Assembly: GCF_006345805.1 (NCBI RefSeq)
Contig: NW_021832432.1
Coordinates: forward strand, 1 to 64,000
Reading direction: 5' to 3'
Source of the DNA: Octopus sinensis
Lineage: Eukaryota
DNA length: 64,000 bases
The notes below the pieces were generated by a model that saw nothing but the letters and a program-made list of their open reading frames with translations, was not told the DNA's origin and did no database searches. The position numbers were made by a program, and so were the translations under genes. Each line of letters starts with the position of its first letter. Positions within the stretch are counted from its first letter, which is position 1. Of this stretch, positions 52,451 to 64,000 are shown piece after piece.

Positions 52451-52866
52451 AGTCATTAAAAGGTTAACTTTACAATTAACAAAAATGTTTTTTTTCATTT
52501 TTTTTAAAGTTAATTAGTATATAGAAGTTAAATTTTTACAAAATAAAGTAGATTTTGGAGAATATCTAATTAAAATTTCTTAAATGCGGCCTTATTAGAT
52601 TACAACTAACTTAATGCGGCCATCCAACGTGAAACGGTTCCCCACCTCAGGACTGAATCACTAAAGGTGGTGTCTCAGCATGACTAATGGCTGAAGCAAA
52701 ATAATGTGTGTGTGTGTGTGTGTATCAATACCTGTATGCATGATTCTGTACACACATGTGTAGAGAAATAAGATACGGATGTGTGTATATATGTGGGTGT
52801 CTGTTTTTATCTTTCTGAACGTGTATATATGTACACGTGCACGTGCTTGTTCTGGTTTTTCAATAT

Positions 52867-52974
<108 letters not shown>

Positions 52975-53041
52975 AGAATTTTTTGCGTAATAAGATAAAA
53001 AGCCAAGGCTGTGTAGATATTAGAACATTTATTGATAGAAG

Positions 53042-53093
53042 GTCTTACAGGTGTTACTAGGATATATATTAGTTATATCCCTTCATCGGAGAC
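53042..53093 (-). ncRNA. Hammerhead motif, decayed mirror copy
   Basis: GTCT-CCGATGA-a-GGGATAT...ATATCCT-a-GTAA-CACCTG-TA-AGAC (GAAA to GTAA). Confidence 0.65.
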
Positions 53094-53190
53094 GGTGTGA
53101 GAGGATAGTTAAGTCATAGTTGGTTTAGATGTGATACAAAATATAGAGTGCACATCTAAACTAACTATGACTTAACTATCCTCTCACACC

Positions 53191-53242
53191 GTCTCCGATG
53201 AAGGGATATAATTAATAAATATCCTAGAAACAGCTGTAAGAC
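53191..53242 (+). ncRNA. Minimal type-I hammerhead motif, U4C core (CCGAUGA)
   Basis: GTCT-CCGATGA-a-GGGATAT(aattaataa)ATATCCT-a-GAAA-CAGCTG-TA-AGAC; palindromic helix III, GUA site. Confidence 0.8.
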
Positions 53243-53449
53243 CTATCTATAAATGCTCTAATATCTACACAGCCTTGGTTTTTTTTATCTTATTACGCAA
53301 AAAAATTCTTATATACACACGCTGACATAGAACCAACGTTGAACCCCTTATTCGCAAAATTACCGAATCTGGAACTTAACTATGGTCTGTCTATAGCACT
53401 TATTCAGCATTACCTGACACCTTTGGGTCTCAACGACACCATTATCACT

Positions 53450-53506
<57 letters not shown>

Positions 53507-54068
53507 GTGTGTGTGTGTGTCGTTGTTATTATGTTAAACTGTCGTATCACAAAATTTGGCCAAATGCGTTTTTTCAATATTTATTTTTGCTTGCAACAGC
53601 CGGTTCTTTTGGTCAAACTATCGTATCTGCAACTGCTTCAGATGCCAAAGTATCAAAAATTGTCAAAGTGTAGTACAACGGTTTTGCTAAGGAATGGTTA
53701 AACTATTTTTTTCGTTTTCTGAAAAAGCAACGTTTTGGACTTACGTCACTTTTATATAATAGCAATCCCTATTTGGGGATTTTCACTCTTATATATCGCT
53801 CTGCATATAACCAGGTCGATGTATTTAAATACTTTCCTCAGTAAACGTACACTCTATTTAAAAGGCTCCGAGGAAGTTATACAGATGTTGTACGGACATA
53901 TTCATAGCTTCCTCGGAGTTCTGAATGCGATACTCCTTATAGTAGAAACATCCGTAAGCTTATGAATGATTACATGATGACATAACTCCTACTTTTTTTA
54001 TCATTGGTTAATTGATATAATGCTCTGTACTCGCCTGCTGCTCCACTCTAAAACATAATTATATTGAA

Positions 54069-54468
54069 CTAGCAGTATCGCCCGGCGTTGCTCAGATTTG
54101 TAAGGGAAATAACTATATAAGCATTTTTAGAGAGTTATAGCCAAAAAATAGCAAAAAAAATGCATTAAAAATGGAGAAAAAAATTATGGTAAATTTTTTT
54201 TTAAATCGTTGACTCATCGTAGACATTTTTAGAGAGTTACTTCCCTTATATAATAGCGAAAAAATGCATTAAAATGGAAAAAAATGATGGTAAATTATTT
54301 TTAAAATCGTAGACTCATCGTAGACGCGCGCTAACACTCAGAAGGGCTCGATATGAATCACGACTATAAGATACCCGGTTTTGGTTACACTGCACCGCAA
54401 AATGTGGGAGTAGTTAGGAATCTAAATCGTAGGAGACAGACACACAACTTGACTTTTATATATAAAGA
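54069..54468 (-). mobile_element. Non-autonomous Helitron, 400 bp
   Basis: Closely matches 39117-39519; A|T target, TC/CTAG ends. Confidence 0.93.
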
Positions 54469-55013
54469 TTGTAACAACTGGTTATTAGTATTGCTGTGCC
54501 CAAGCGAAATATATATTTATATATATATATATATATATATGACTACTACATTTGCAAAGACTAAACGGGCTTATACTGTCTTTTCATAAGCTCGTTTCCT
54601 TAAACGTTCAGAATAATGTTTCCATCGTCTTGACTTAACAGCCCCCATCGTTTGTTTTTACTGTTTTGTTCTCATTGTTCTGTCTTTTTCTGTTTTTACT
54701 TTTTCATTGTTTTTACTGTCCTGTTCTTGTTACCACTTTTACCCTCGGCAAAAAATGCCAAATTTTATTTAATTTGCTTTGCGGGAAGGACTGTTTCAAC
54801 GAAGTCGCGTCTTGTCCTTGCCTTCGTTGTGTGGAGTAGTTGAAACAGGGACAACTGAAGAAGGGGAATATTCTTTATGTTGAATGTCTCGTTTCTCTGG
54901 GGGTTTTTTTTTCGTTCTCCGAAAAAAAAAAGGTGGTTTCTGTTTTTCATTGTGTTCAATGTGAGTACACTTTAAAACACACACACACATTAATTCTTGT
55001 TCTGATATTGTTA

Positions 55014-56538
55014 CTAGCCTAAGTACCCGGCGTTGCTCGGAAGTTTAAAGAATGCTAAAGGAATTATATTCATTCTGATAAAAAAGATATTTTCTAAAAA
55101 ATTCTATCAGATGACGTGAGTATAAACAAAGTTATTAAAACAAATCCTGAAAACAATCACAGTTTAATTTTGTAGAACTTCTAAATATACAATGTCTTCA
55201 GTGTGTCCTTTAATTGGTGTACAAAGAAAAAGAGTTTGGGGACTTCCAACTCGAACATCTTACATATAATTGTCAATGAGAGAAGCAAGGAGAAGCAAGG
55301 TTAAGTCCAACAACGTTGAGAGATTGTGCTTGAGATTTGTTCATGGACATGGGAACTGGAGCCGTTTAGATTCATAGAAGTCAGATGGGATTAATGGGAT
55401 CTGTGGAATGAAGACATCGTAACTTTTATATTTCCCAAGAAAAATAATTTTGGCGATAAGGACTAAACCTCATTTCATTATCGCAATTAAAAAGTGTTTT
55501 TCTTTATTAAAAAAAAAAGAGGTGCGGTTGTAGACGTTTGACGCAAAATTATTCAATATCGTATTTCCTTCAACCAGAATCGTTTACCTTTAAAGCGAAA
55601 AAACAAAACCGACGTATACGACAGGTATGTAAAACATATTTCTGTTTTTGAGAAAAAAGTTTAAAATTTAGTGAACTCCCCGGACCCGAATCTTCCCCGA
55701 GTAATGAAAAGCCTCCATTGATCCAGTGGTTTGGACGTGCAGAACAATAGGCCGTATGACTAGGGGAAAATTGTAGATTCGACTTCTGAGGTAGGACCAA
55801 TATCCAAGTAGAAATAGTCACATCGGATTCAAATATGAAATATCGAAACTCTAACTAATTTTATTAGGTCCATTCCACGAATTATTTGAATAACTCGTGT
55901 CGATATCTCTACCTTATGTCACGGGAATATTGAACTCTAAATTTTATAAAGTTTATCGTATAAATTGAAAGATATCCTATAGTGTATAAGCGCGTGTCCG
56001 TATGAACACCTTTCGTTATTTAGAAACCTTACTGCTTCTTTTTCTTTAAACCTCTTGTTTCATTATCACAATTAAAAAGGTGTTTCAGAATCGTTTACCT
56101 TCAAAGCGAAAAAACAAAACCGACGTAATCTGCAGACAGACAAATTTGGTACCGGTTGATCCAACGGTTTGGTCGTGCATAGAGGAAACACACACAGTAA
56201 GAATAAAAGTGTAACAATAAAAGTGAAACCATAGCGTTATGAAAAGTGAAACTATTATACCGCTGAAAAAAATCAGAAGGATCGTATGAGCAAGGACCAA
56301 AATTTGACCCCACAACCTTCTCCGAGTAATGAAAAACCTTCATGCCAAATTTGGTATTATAACATTGAAAAAGAAAAATTGGAAAGGTCGTAGGGGGGGG
56401 CTACAGCCCTCTATATGGGCAAGGGCCAAAATTTGACAGCCCTAGAACCTTCCCTGAGTAATGCCAAATTTGGTACAGGTTGATCCAGTGGTTGGGCCGT
56501 GCATAGAGGAAACACATACACAGGGTTTTATATATAGA
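55014..56538 (-). mobile_element. Non-autonomous Helitron, about 1.5 kb, retaining helicase C-terminus
   Basis: 5' TCTATATATAAAA, 3' hairpin + CTAG; 55420-55164 encodes MNKSQAQSLNVVGLNLASPCFSH*QLYVRCSRVG (PIF1 motifs KSQGQSL, FSHGQLYVAxSRV). Confidence 0.85.
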
Positions 56539-56804
56539 GTCAAGACTATTGAAAAGGTTGCCAGATGCAACGAAAATTTTAGGAAAATAAAAATGAGAAA
56601 TAAGTGGAAATTTTACCGGTGAGTGTGTTAAATTATAAGGTACAAAAAGAAAATTATTCTCCCCAGACACAACAGAATAATGAAAGCAATTTTACATTAA
56701 TCTGATGGATTACTCTATACTTTTGTACAATACAAATTTATTGTTCTTAAACAAGAATGTCGTTGACAGTAATTTCAAAGTTTCAGCTAGCTAAGCCGTT
56801 GTTG

Positions 56805-56851
56805 GACTGTCCGACGATGGGTGAGTTGGCCGAAACTTCGAAGTCACTGTT
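56805..56851 (+). ncRNA. Hammerhead-like motif, CCGACGA core, GUC site
   Basis: GACTGT-CCGACGA-t-GG...CC-GAAA-CTTCGAAG-TC-ACTGTT; stems I and II imperfect. Confidence 0.55.
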
Positions 56852-56924
56852 TAAGAATGTGTGAGTGTGTGTGTTAAAAAAATATAAATGAAATCGAAAT
56901 CGGAATCGAAATTGAACCAATCCT

Positions 56925-57331
56925 ATGACTGGCACCCGGCAGATGCCAGGACCCCTGGACTGGAGATACGTAAAAAGCACTATCCGAATCGTGGCCGATG
57001 CCAGCGCCACCTCGACTGGCTTCCATGTTGGTGGCACGTAAAAAGCACCATCCGAATCGTAGCCGAAGCCAGTGCCACCTCGACTGGCTTCCGTGCAGGT
57101 GGCACGTAAAATGCACCAATCCGACCGTGGCCGATGCCAGCCTCGCCTGGCACCAGTGCAGGTGGCTCGTAAAAAGCACCCACTACACCGTTAGGAAGGG
57201 CATCCAGCTGTAGAAACATTGCCAGATAAGACCGGAGCCTGGTGCAGCCTTCTGGCTTCCCAGATCCCCGGTCGAACAGTCCAACCCATGCTAGCATGGA
57301 GAACGGACGTTAAACGATGATGATGATGATG
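56925..57331 (+). mobile_element. SINE family E ((GAT)n tail) with internal 63-68-bp tandem units
   Basis: CGTAAAAAGCAC-type starts at 56969, 57037, 57105, 57168; tail GGACGTTAAAC(GAT)n. Confidence 0.8.
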
Positions 57332-58097
57332 AAGTGTTGTACAATATCAACTTCTGTTGAATTAAAATAAACTGATTAGTCTAGGGGACATGTGAATTCC
57401 TCCTCCTCCTACTCCTTTTGTGCAAAATACAGTGAAGGGTGTTTGTAAGATGACATTCCATGAAGTGGGGTACAGAGTACCATAAAGTTGAGTACCACTC
57501 ATGTTGAGTAACACTTGAAAATGAGAAAGTGTGTTTGTGTACATTATGTTATACAACAACAAGAAACTTAACGTTCAACAGATACAAAACAAACGTAGTT
57601 ATTTTTTCATTAAAAACACTTTTTTTTCAATTTCTTTATTTCCCATACAAGCATTTAAATAAACCTCACACCTATCAGACTTCAAGTTTCTCCATATATA
57701 ATTACATACATTGTTTCATTTTACAATACTTTTACAAGACAATGTTTTTCATTTATTCATTTTTTTTAAAATTTTTTCTTTATTTTTTTTTTTTGTCAGT
57801 TGGTAATAGTGGGTGCTTATCATTTATTTTCATTCTTTGCCAAGAAATGTAAAAAAAAATAACTGCTTCTACCCTGAGATCTAACTAGAATTTTAAAACA
57901 GTTTTAGAGAAGAACTAATTGGTATTACTGTCAAAAATCAAACACACGTTAATGTAAAGGCCATTCTTCTACACCTTGGGAAATAGGTAATCAGTCCAAT
58001 GAGTTTGAAGACTTGAAGCGGTAAAATCCAGGAGTTGATAATGATAATGATGATGTTGATGATTCTCAGGAACACTACAGTACTAATATTGGTTTTA

Positions 58098-59330
58098 AAT
58101 TTTGGCACAAGGTCAGCAAGTTTCAAGGAGGGAGTAAGTAGATTACATTGACCCCAGTGCACAACTGGTACCTATTTTATCAACCCCAAAAGGATAAAAT
58201 ACAAAGTCAACCTCAGTGGAATTTGAACTCAGAACGTGCAGATAGAGAAAATGCCACTAAGCATTTGGCCCAGATTGCTAATGATTCTGCCAGCTTGCCA
58301 CCTTACTACAAGCACTAATATTGATTTGTACTATGAGCTTCAGATTTTAGGAGTAGGGTCTAGTCAAGTGAGATCAGCTTCAGTACCTGTCTGATATATG
58401 GAAATATTTTATCAACCCCTGAATATGAATGCAAGAGCTAACCTTGGTAGGATTTGAAACTACAACATCAAGAAGCACAACAAAATACAGTATGGTCTTT
58501 TGTACAACATTCTATCAACTCTGTTAAACTGCTGCCTAAATATTTATTTTTTTCATTGTCCTCAAGAGACAACCAAGGACAGACAAAGGAATTAAGTTGA
58601 TTACATCGACCCCAGTGCATAACTGATACTTATTTAATCGGTCCTGAAAGAATGAAAGGCAAAGTCAACCTCGGCGGAATTTGAACTCAGAACGTAGCGG
58701 CAGACAAAATACCGCTAAGCATTTCGCCCAGCATGCTAACGATTCAGCCAGGGTACCAGGACTTAAACTTTAGGAGTAAGGTACAGTTAATGAAGATCAA
58801 CCCCAGATCTCGACTGGTCCTTATTTCATTGACCTAGGAACGATGAAAGTAAAGATGACTCTGGGAAGTATTAAAATTACCACCTAAAGGGACATTTTGT
58901 ACAGTGATGTACCAATTCTGTTGAAACCTCAACTTTAGGAAATGGGTATCATTGATTACATCAACCCCCAATTCTTGACTGATATTTCTTTTGAAGAATG
59001 AAAAGCAAAGTTTAAAACTGTGAAACTAAATACCACAAGGCTTTCAGCCCGTCATTTTAATAATTCTGCCAATCCACTGCCTCAATATTGTTCAAATTTT
59101 GGTACAAGGCCAGTAATTTTAGAGGAGTTGGGAAGGAGGGGCTAATCAATTACACTGACAGTCCCACCCCACCGTACTTGACTGGTACTTTATTATATCA
59201 ATCCTAATCCTGAAAGGATTCAGGCAAAGTTGATCTTGGTAGGATTTGAACTAGGGATGTAAAGAACCAACAGAAATGCCATTAAGCATTTTGCATGATG
59301 TTCTAACAATTCTGCAAGCTCACTGCCATC
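58098..59330 (-). mobile_element. Three CpG-decayed family B SINEs (58098-58302, 58565-58751, 59095-59330)
   Basis: Reverse-complement matches with many CG to TG/CA changes. Confidence 0.8.
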
Positions 59331-59419
59331 AATATTAGTAACAGTATAGGGATTTAATAGGACTTTGCTTCTTAGGAGAGCTTCTTTTTTTTTCAACTTT
59401 CCAACTGAAATGAAACCAC

Positions 59420-59700
59420 AATTGGATGGCATAGTAATACTATCAAACGGCTGGCAGATGCTTTACTCCTGACTGGCTCTGGGTAAGAACAATAAATCAG
59501 TGCAGATTTTTGTTTTCCAAAGATAGCACAGACTTCCAACAATGACCTATGCTGTTCAAGAATTTGGACCTGGAGATCTCCATTTCCAGCGACTTCAAGG
59601 GCCACCTCCTAGTGGTGTCGGGCGTCAACAAAGAGCCCTTGACTACAACAAGACAACCAAAGTTTTTTTTTTCCCAAGGTCTGGGGTCTTCCACCTCTAA
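59420..59700 (+). pseudogene. Possible LINE APE endonuclease relic
   Basis: LEISISSDFKGHLL resembles the IxGDFNxH motif. Confidence 0.35.
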
Positions 59701-59802
59701 GCCCTAGACCATCACCTAATCACCCTTACCCGTCTTGTTGCTTAACAACAACAACAATAATAATGACCTGCTGCAAACATGCTGTATCAAAGACTCAGTT
59801 CA

Positions 59803-59910
59803 GCTGGACACCCCAATATGTTTGAGGCCCTCATATATTACAAAAAGCTGAAATGCTGGACACCCTAATATGTTTGAGCCCCTCATATATAAGAAGAAGC
59901 TGAAATGCTG
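59803..59910. repeat. About 53-bp direct duplication
   Basis: GCTGGACACC...AAGCTGAAATGCTG twice. Confidence 0.8.
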
Positions 59911-60366
59911 ACCACTTATTTTATTAATGCTGAGAGGATGACAAGTTAAACTAGCCCAGTTAAAATTAGATCTGTAGGCCTGCAGACTTGATACTTGTAA
60001 CCAGCAAGAATCATTCTTAGTGCTTTTATATTTGTGTCAATTTGCAATACAACAGAAAAATGTAAACTATTTCATAGACAACATAACTGTGAATTCTAAC
60101 TCATCTCAATAACAAAGTTGAACCGATTCAGGATTGTAAAGAAGAATAGAGTAAGCAGATACAATTACATCAATCTGATCTTTGTGTACAGAATTGAAGA
60201 GAACAGTTCAGTACTATGCAATAACAACGAAGGAGAGAAAATTGTGAAAATTCTTTTAAATAAAAACTCCTGTTTTGGGGTGTTTTTCCTCAAGTCTTTA
60301 GAGAATTTAGAATTGAAATTTTACCAAAAGCTAGAGATTAAATTATTCATGGAATCATCATCTATT

Positions 60367-61385
60367 TTAATGAAATGTAAAATCATCTAGTGATGGAGAG
60401 TCAATTTCAGATTGGCTCTGAGAGAGATACAGACTGTCGGAATCCAAACTCATTGGATCGTTTTTCAATGACAAACTATCTTCCAGAAGAACAAGAGAAG
60501 AGACAGGCTCTGAAGTAAGTCTTTCAGCATCATCAAAGTCAAATGTTAGATTGACATCAGAAGAACAACTTTCGTCTTGGGTAGATGTTAAAAATAAAGT
60601 CATTGAACTTTTGGAATCAATAAAGGGTGAAAAAACTAATGAATTGGAATCTTCAGTGTAATCACCACGACCAACACAGACACCATTCATAACATCACAG
60701 CTTTCATCGATATTGTCATTGTAATCTTCACCAATGGCAATATCAGCCCCATCATCTTCTCTATCATCATCACTACCACATGTAGTGACAGTGGTACCCA
60801 CAGCATTTACAGTGACCTTGTGATCTTCAGGAAGCAGTGACAAGTATAAATCTGCATTGTCTGGTAGTTTGGTAATTTCTCGGGGCCTTCTTGGTAAAAG
60901 AGTACTTGCATTTTTGGTATGGCAATCCTTAAGTCCATATTTATTATTTTCCGAGTTTATTTGTTGAAGAACTCTGCGGTTCTGACTGTGATCAGCAACT
61001 TTATTGATGGTATGGTCAACAGAATGGTCAGTGGCGTTACAATCTTGCACTTGATTCAAACTTCTTTCTTGTCCTTCTGATAAAACATTGATTCTTTCAC
61101 GAAGCGGTGTAACATTTTGATGCAAATCAAGCCTTTCATAAGAACTGCGACGTGGTGATGCCAAAAGTGATTGTTTCGTTGACTTGTACTGATCGTTTCT
61201 GGTAAAATTAGACTCTTTCTTTGGTACTAGAATGTGATCATAGAATGAAATACCTTTACAATCCACAGAAAGATCGGGTTTGAAGTGTTGGCTGTTATTT
61301 ATTTCCATAACTGCAACAGGATCAGGTTTCAATTCCATCTCTATCTCAGACCCTCCTCTCACATGCGATGGCTTCACTATACCTC
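60367..61385 (-). CDS. Terminal coding exon of an unidentified host gene; low-complexity S/D/E-rich, probably disordered C-terminus
   Basis: 336+ codons open in non-repetitive sequence; acceptor TTGTTGTCTACATTGCAG|GA GGT ATA GTG (phase 1); TAA at 60369-60367. Confidence 0.8.
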
Positions 61386-61616
61386 CTGCAATGTAGACAA
61401 CAAGGTTCTGTTAATAACTTGATAATCAAAGAAGGACCTGAAATATACGACTGTATTAAAAACAACAACAATAACAACAACTGTGCCAACATGCAAATGG
61501 CTATAGAGATGTACAGGCAAAAAGAGCAATTTTGTGGAGGCTGTAGCAGATGAAGCAGTACTACTGAAGTCTATGAATGGAGTAGTGGCCGACAAGTAAT
61601 CAGTTATTTACTGACA

Positions 61617-62170
61617 TTCCATCAGTTACGAAGGGCAAGAGTTCCAGCTGATCCGATCAATGAAACAGCCTGTGAAAGTGGCTGAGCACTCCACAGATTC
61701 ATGTACCCTTAATGTAATTCTCAAGGAGATTCAGCGTGACACCAAATGTGACAAGACTGGCTCTCTGAAATATGAAGGCAGCGAGATGGCAGAAACGTTA
61801 GCACACCAAGCGAAATGCTTAGCAGTATTTCTTCTGTCATTATGTTCTGAGTTCAAATTCCGCTGAGGTCAACTTTGCCTTTCATCCTTTCAGGGTCGAT
61901 TAAATATGTACCAGTTACGCACTGGGGTCGATATAATCGACTTAGTCCATTTGTCTGTCCTTATTTGTCCCCTCTGTGTGTAGCCCCTTGTGGGCAGTAA
62001 AGAAATAAGGCTGGCTCTTTGAAATATAGGTACAACTCACTTTTGCCAGCTGAGTGGACTGGAGCAATGTGAAATAAAGTGTCTTGCTCAAGGACACAAC
62101 ACACTGCCAGGAATTGAACTCATGACTTTATGATCATGAGATGAATGCCCTAACCACTGAGCCATGTGCC
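61617..62170 (-). mobile_element. CORE-type SINE D with tail alpha, split by a family B SINE (61774-62010, +)
   Basis: 17-bp TSD CTGGCTCT(C/T)TGAAATAT at 61757-61773 and 62011-62027. Confidence 0.9.
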
Positions 62171-62470
62171 TTCAGTCAATCATGTTATTTAGAAGGTAGG
62201 TGGTCCTAATTATTATAGTGATGTAGTAGCTATAATGATAAGTGGAGCCACATAGGAGTGGTTATAGTAATGTAAAAGTCTGATTCTTACAAGACTTTAT
62301 TCAGAAATAACAATGAAAAAAAATTACAATACTTCAAATAAAGCACAAGGTTTTTCTCACAGCCCACGCACATAGTGGTAACTAGTACATGTTGTTTCTA
62401 GTAACAATATAGTAACAATATAGTAACAATATACATGACAACTAGTACTGCTCCTAATAATTGAGGATTA

Positions 62471-63762
62471 TCATCATCATTGTTTAACGTCCGCTTTCCA
62501 TGCTAGCATCGGTTGGATGATTTGACTGAGGTCTGGCGAACTAGATGGCTGCACCAGGCTCCATTCTGATCTATCAGAGTTTCTACAGCTGGATGCCCTT
62601 CCTAACACCAACCACTCTGAGAGTGTAGTGGGAGCGTTTATGTGCTACTGGCATGAGGGCCAGTCAGGCGGTACTGGCAACGGCCACACTCAAATGGTGT
62701 TGTTTGTATGCCAACTGCACAGAGCCAGTCCAGCGGCACTGGCAACAACCTCACTCGAATGTTTTGGCCACAGAGAGCAACAGGAGACTGGGGACAGTAC
62801 AAGGATGAATGCAAAAATATTGCGGGTTCAAAATGGATAAAAAGGGTAAAAATCACAATAACATATATGAAAATGAAGGAAAATATTAAAGAAAAAATAA
62901 TGATATTAATAACAACAGACAAAAACATGAGTGCATGGTTAAGAAATCATTTTTGAAGTCGCACAATTTCAGGTTCAATCTCACAGCATAGCAGCTAGGA
63001 CTTTTACTATACGTAAATCTGATATAAATAAATTAAGCTGAATCTACCATATGCGTATATCAATATGCAGTGCTTGAGAAGACTTGTCCAGCCTAGTGAA
63101 AGTGTAGTCGTGGCCAATGCTGGTGTCACTAAAAAGCACCCATTACTCTTGGAATGGATGGCATTAGGAAGGGCATCCAGCTTACCAGTTTCAGTCAAAC
63201 CGTCTAACCCACGCCAGCATGGAAAGCAGACGCTAAATGATGATGATGATGATGTATATATTGTTTGTACATGTGTGCATATGTGCATGCACACGCATGT
63301 ATTTATGTGTTTGCGTTAATCTCTCTTCCCAGCTTCTCTTAACGTGATATCACTTGACAACCAATGATTGATTGTGTCCTCATAATTTAACATCTTGGAA
63401 AAACAGAGAGCAACAAAATAAACACCAGACATTAATAATAAACACTGTGTAACAAAATTGTGCTATTTTCTATTTGCTTCATCATCATCATTTAACGTCC
63501 GCTTTCCATGCTGGCATGGGTTGGACGGTTTGACTGAGGACTGGCGAGCCAGATGGCTGCAACAGGCTCCAATCTGATCTGGCAGAGTTTCAACAGCTTG
63601 ATGCCCTTCCTAACGCCAACCACTCCGAGAGTGTAGTGGGTGCTTTTACATGCCACCAGCACGAGGACCAGTCAAGCGGTACTGGCGACGGACACGCTCA
63701 AATGGTGTTGTTTATGTGCCACCTGCACAGGAGCCAGTCCAGCGGCACTGGCAACAACCTCG
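62471..63762. mobile_element. Three family E SINEs in alternating orientation (62471-62762 -, 63065-63254 +, 63479-63762 -)
   Basis: (CAT)n/(GAT)n tails and shared AGGAAGGGCATCCAGC. Confidence 0.82.
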
Positions 63763-63914
63763 AAGACAACAAATTTCCAGCAATTTGATTTTTAGTAATT
63801 AAAAGAAATCAAAAGCAATGTTCTACACAAAAAAGTACAAAGCACATCTGAGAAGCAATTATACTGTGTACTCAAATCTTCAAGAACTATCTAGAAATCA
63901 AAGGAAATGATTAC

Positions 63915-63963
63915 TCTTCCTTTCAAACTTTGTTTTTGTCACCCAGTCATCAATGCTTTGAAA
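63915..63963 (-). CDS. Candidate 49-nt upstream exon (FQSIDDWVTKTKFERK + phase 1)
   Basis: CAG|TTT...AAG A|GTAATC; phase joins the 61385 exon as AGA (Arg); acceptor pyrimidine tract is weak. Confidence 0.4.
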
Positions 63964-64000
63964 CTGACCGATTTTCCATTACATTTCAGAAAAATTCAGT

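Larger units (their letters stand above)
48691..52650 (+). mobile_element. Full-length decayed hAT (Buster/SPIN-like) transposon, 3960 bp, inserted in a family A SINE
   Basis: TIRs CAAGGGTGGGGAACC / GGTTCCCCACCTCAG; decayed 8-bp TSD GATTAAAC/GACTGAAT; SINE A halves on both flanks. Confidence 0.88.

Noticed and set aside
61368-61595. Short ORFs overlapping the exon acceptor
   Set aside because: Intronic, include an (AAC)n tract; better explained as intron of the minus-strand gene

Overview
Eukaryotic, repeat-saturated genomic DNA. I infer it is octopus (cephalopod) from its tRNA-derived/CORE-type SINE families and extreme (TA)n/(TG)n/(TACA)n/(AGAT)n microsatellite density. Most ORF-track entries are microsatellite artefacts. 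One host gene is supportable: a minus-strand terminal coding exon of about 1 kb (61385-60367, product unknown), with a possible 49-nt upstream exon. The rest is mobile DNA: at least five SINE families that swap 3' tails, two full-length decayed mariners, a 4-kb decayed hAT (Buster-like) transposon, hAT/Tigger/mariner MITEs, five Helitron pieces, RTE/CR1/RLE LINE relics, Penelope-like (PLE) RT and GIY-YIG fragments, and a 211-bp satellite. The most striking signal is a set of minimal type-I hammerhead ribozyme motifs from at least five unrelated sequence families. Two families form long fold-back palindromes with one ribozyme per strand. Core variants include G3-C8 (four copies), U4C and A6U. 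In the 149-bp-arm palindrome at 26054-26352, the only mismatch between arms falls on the freely variable core position N7. Everything was read by eye; no folding, alignment or database search was run.
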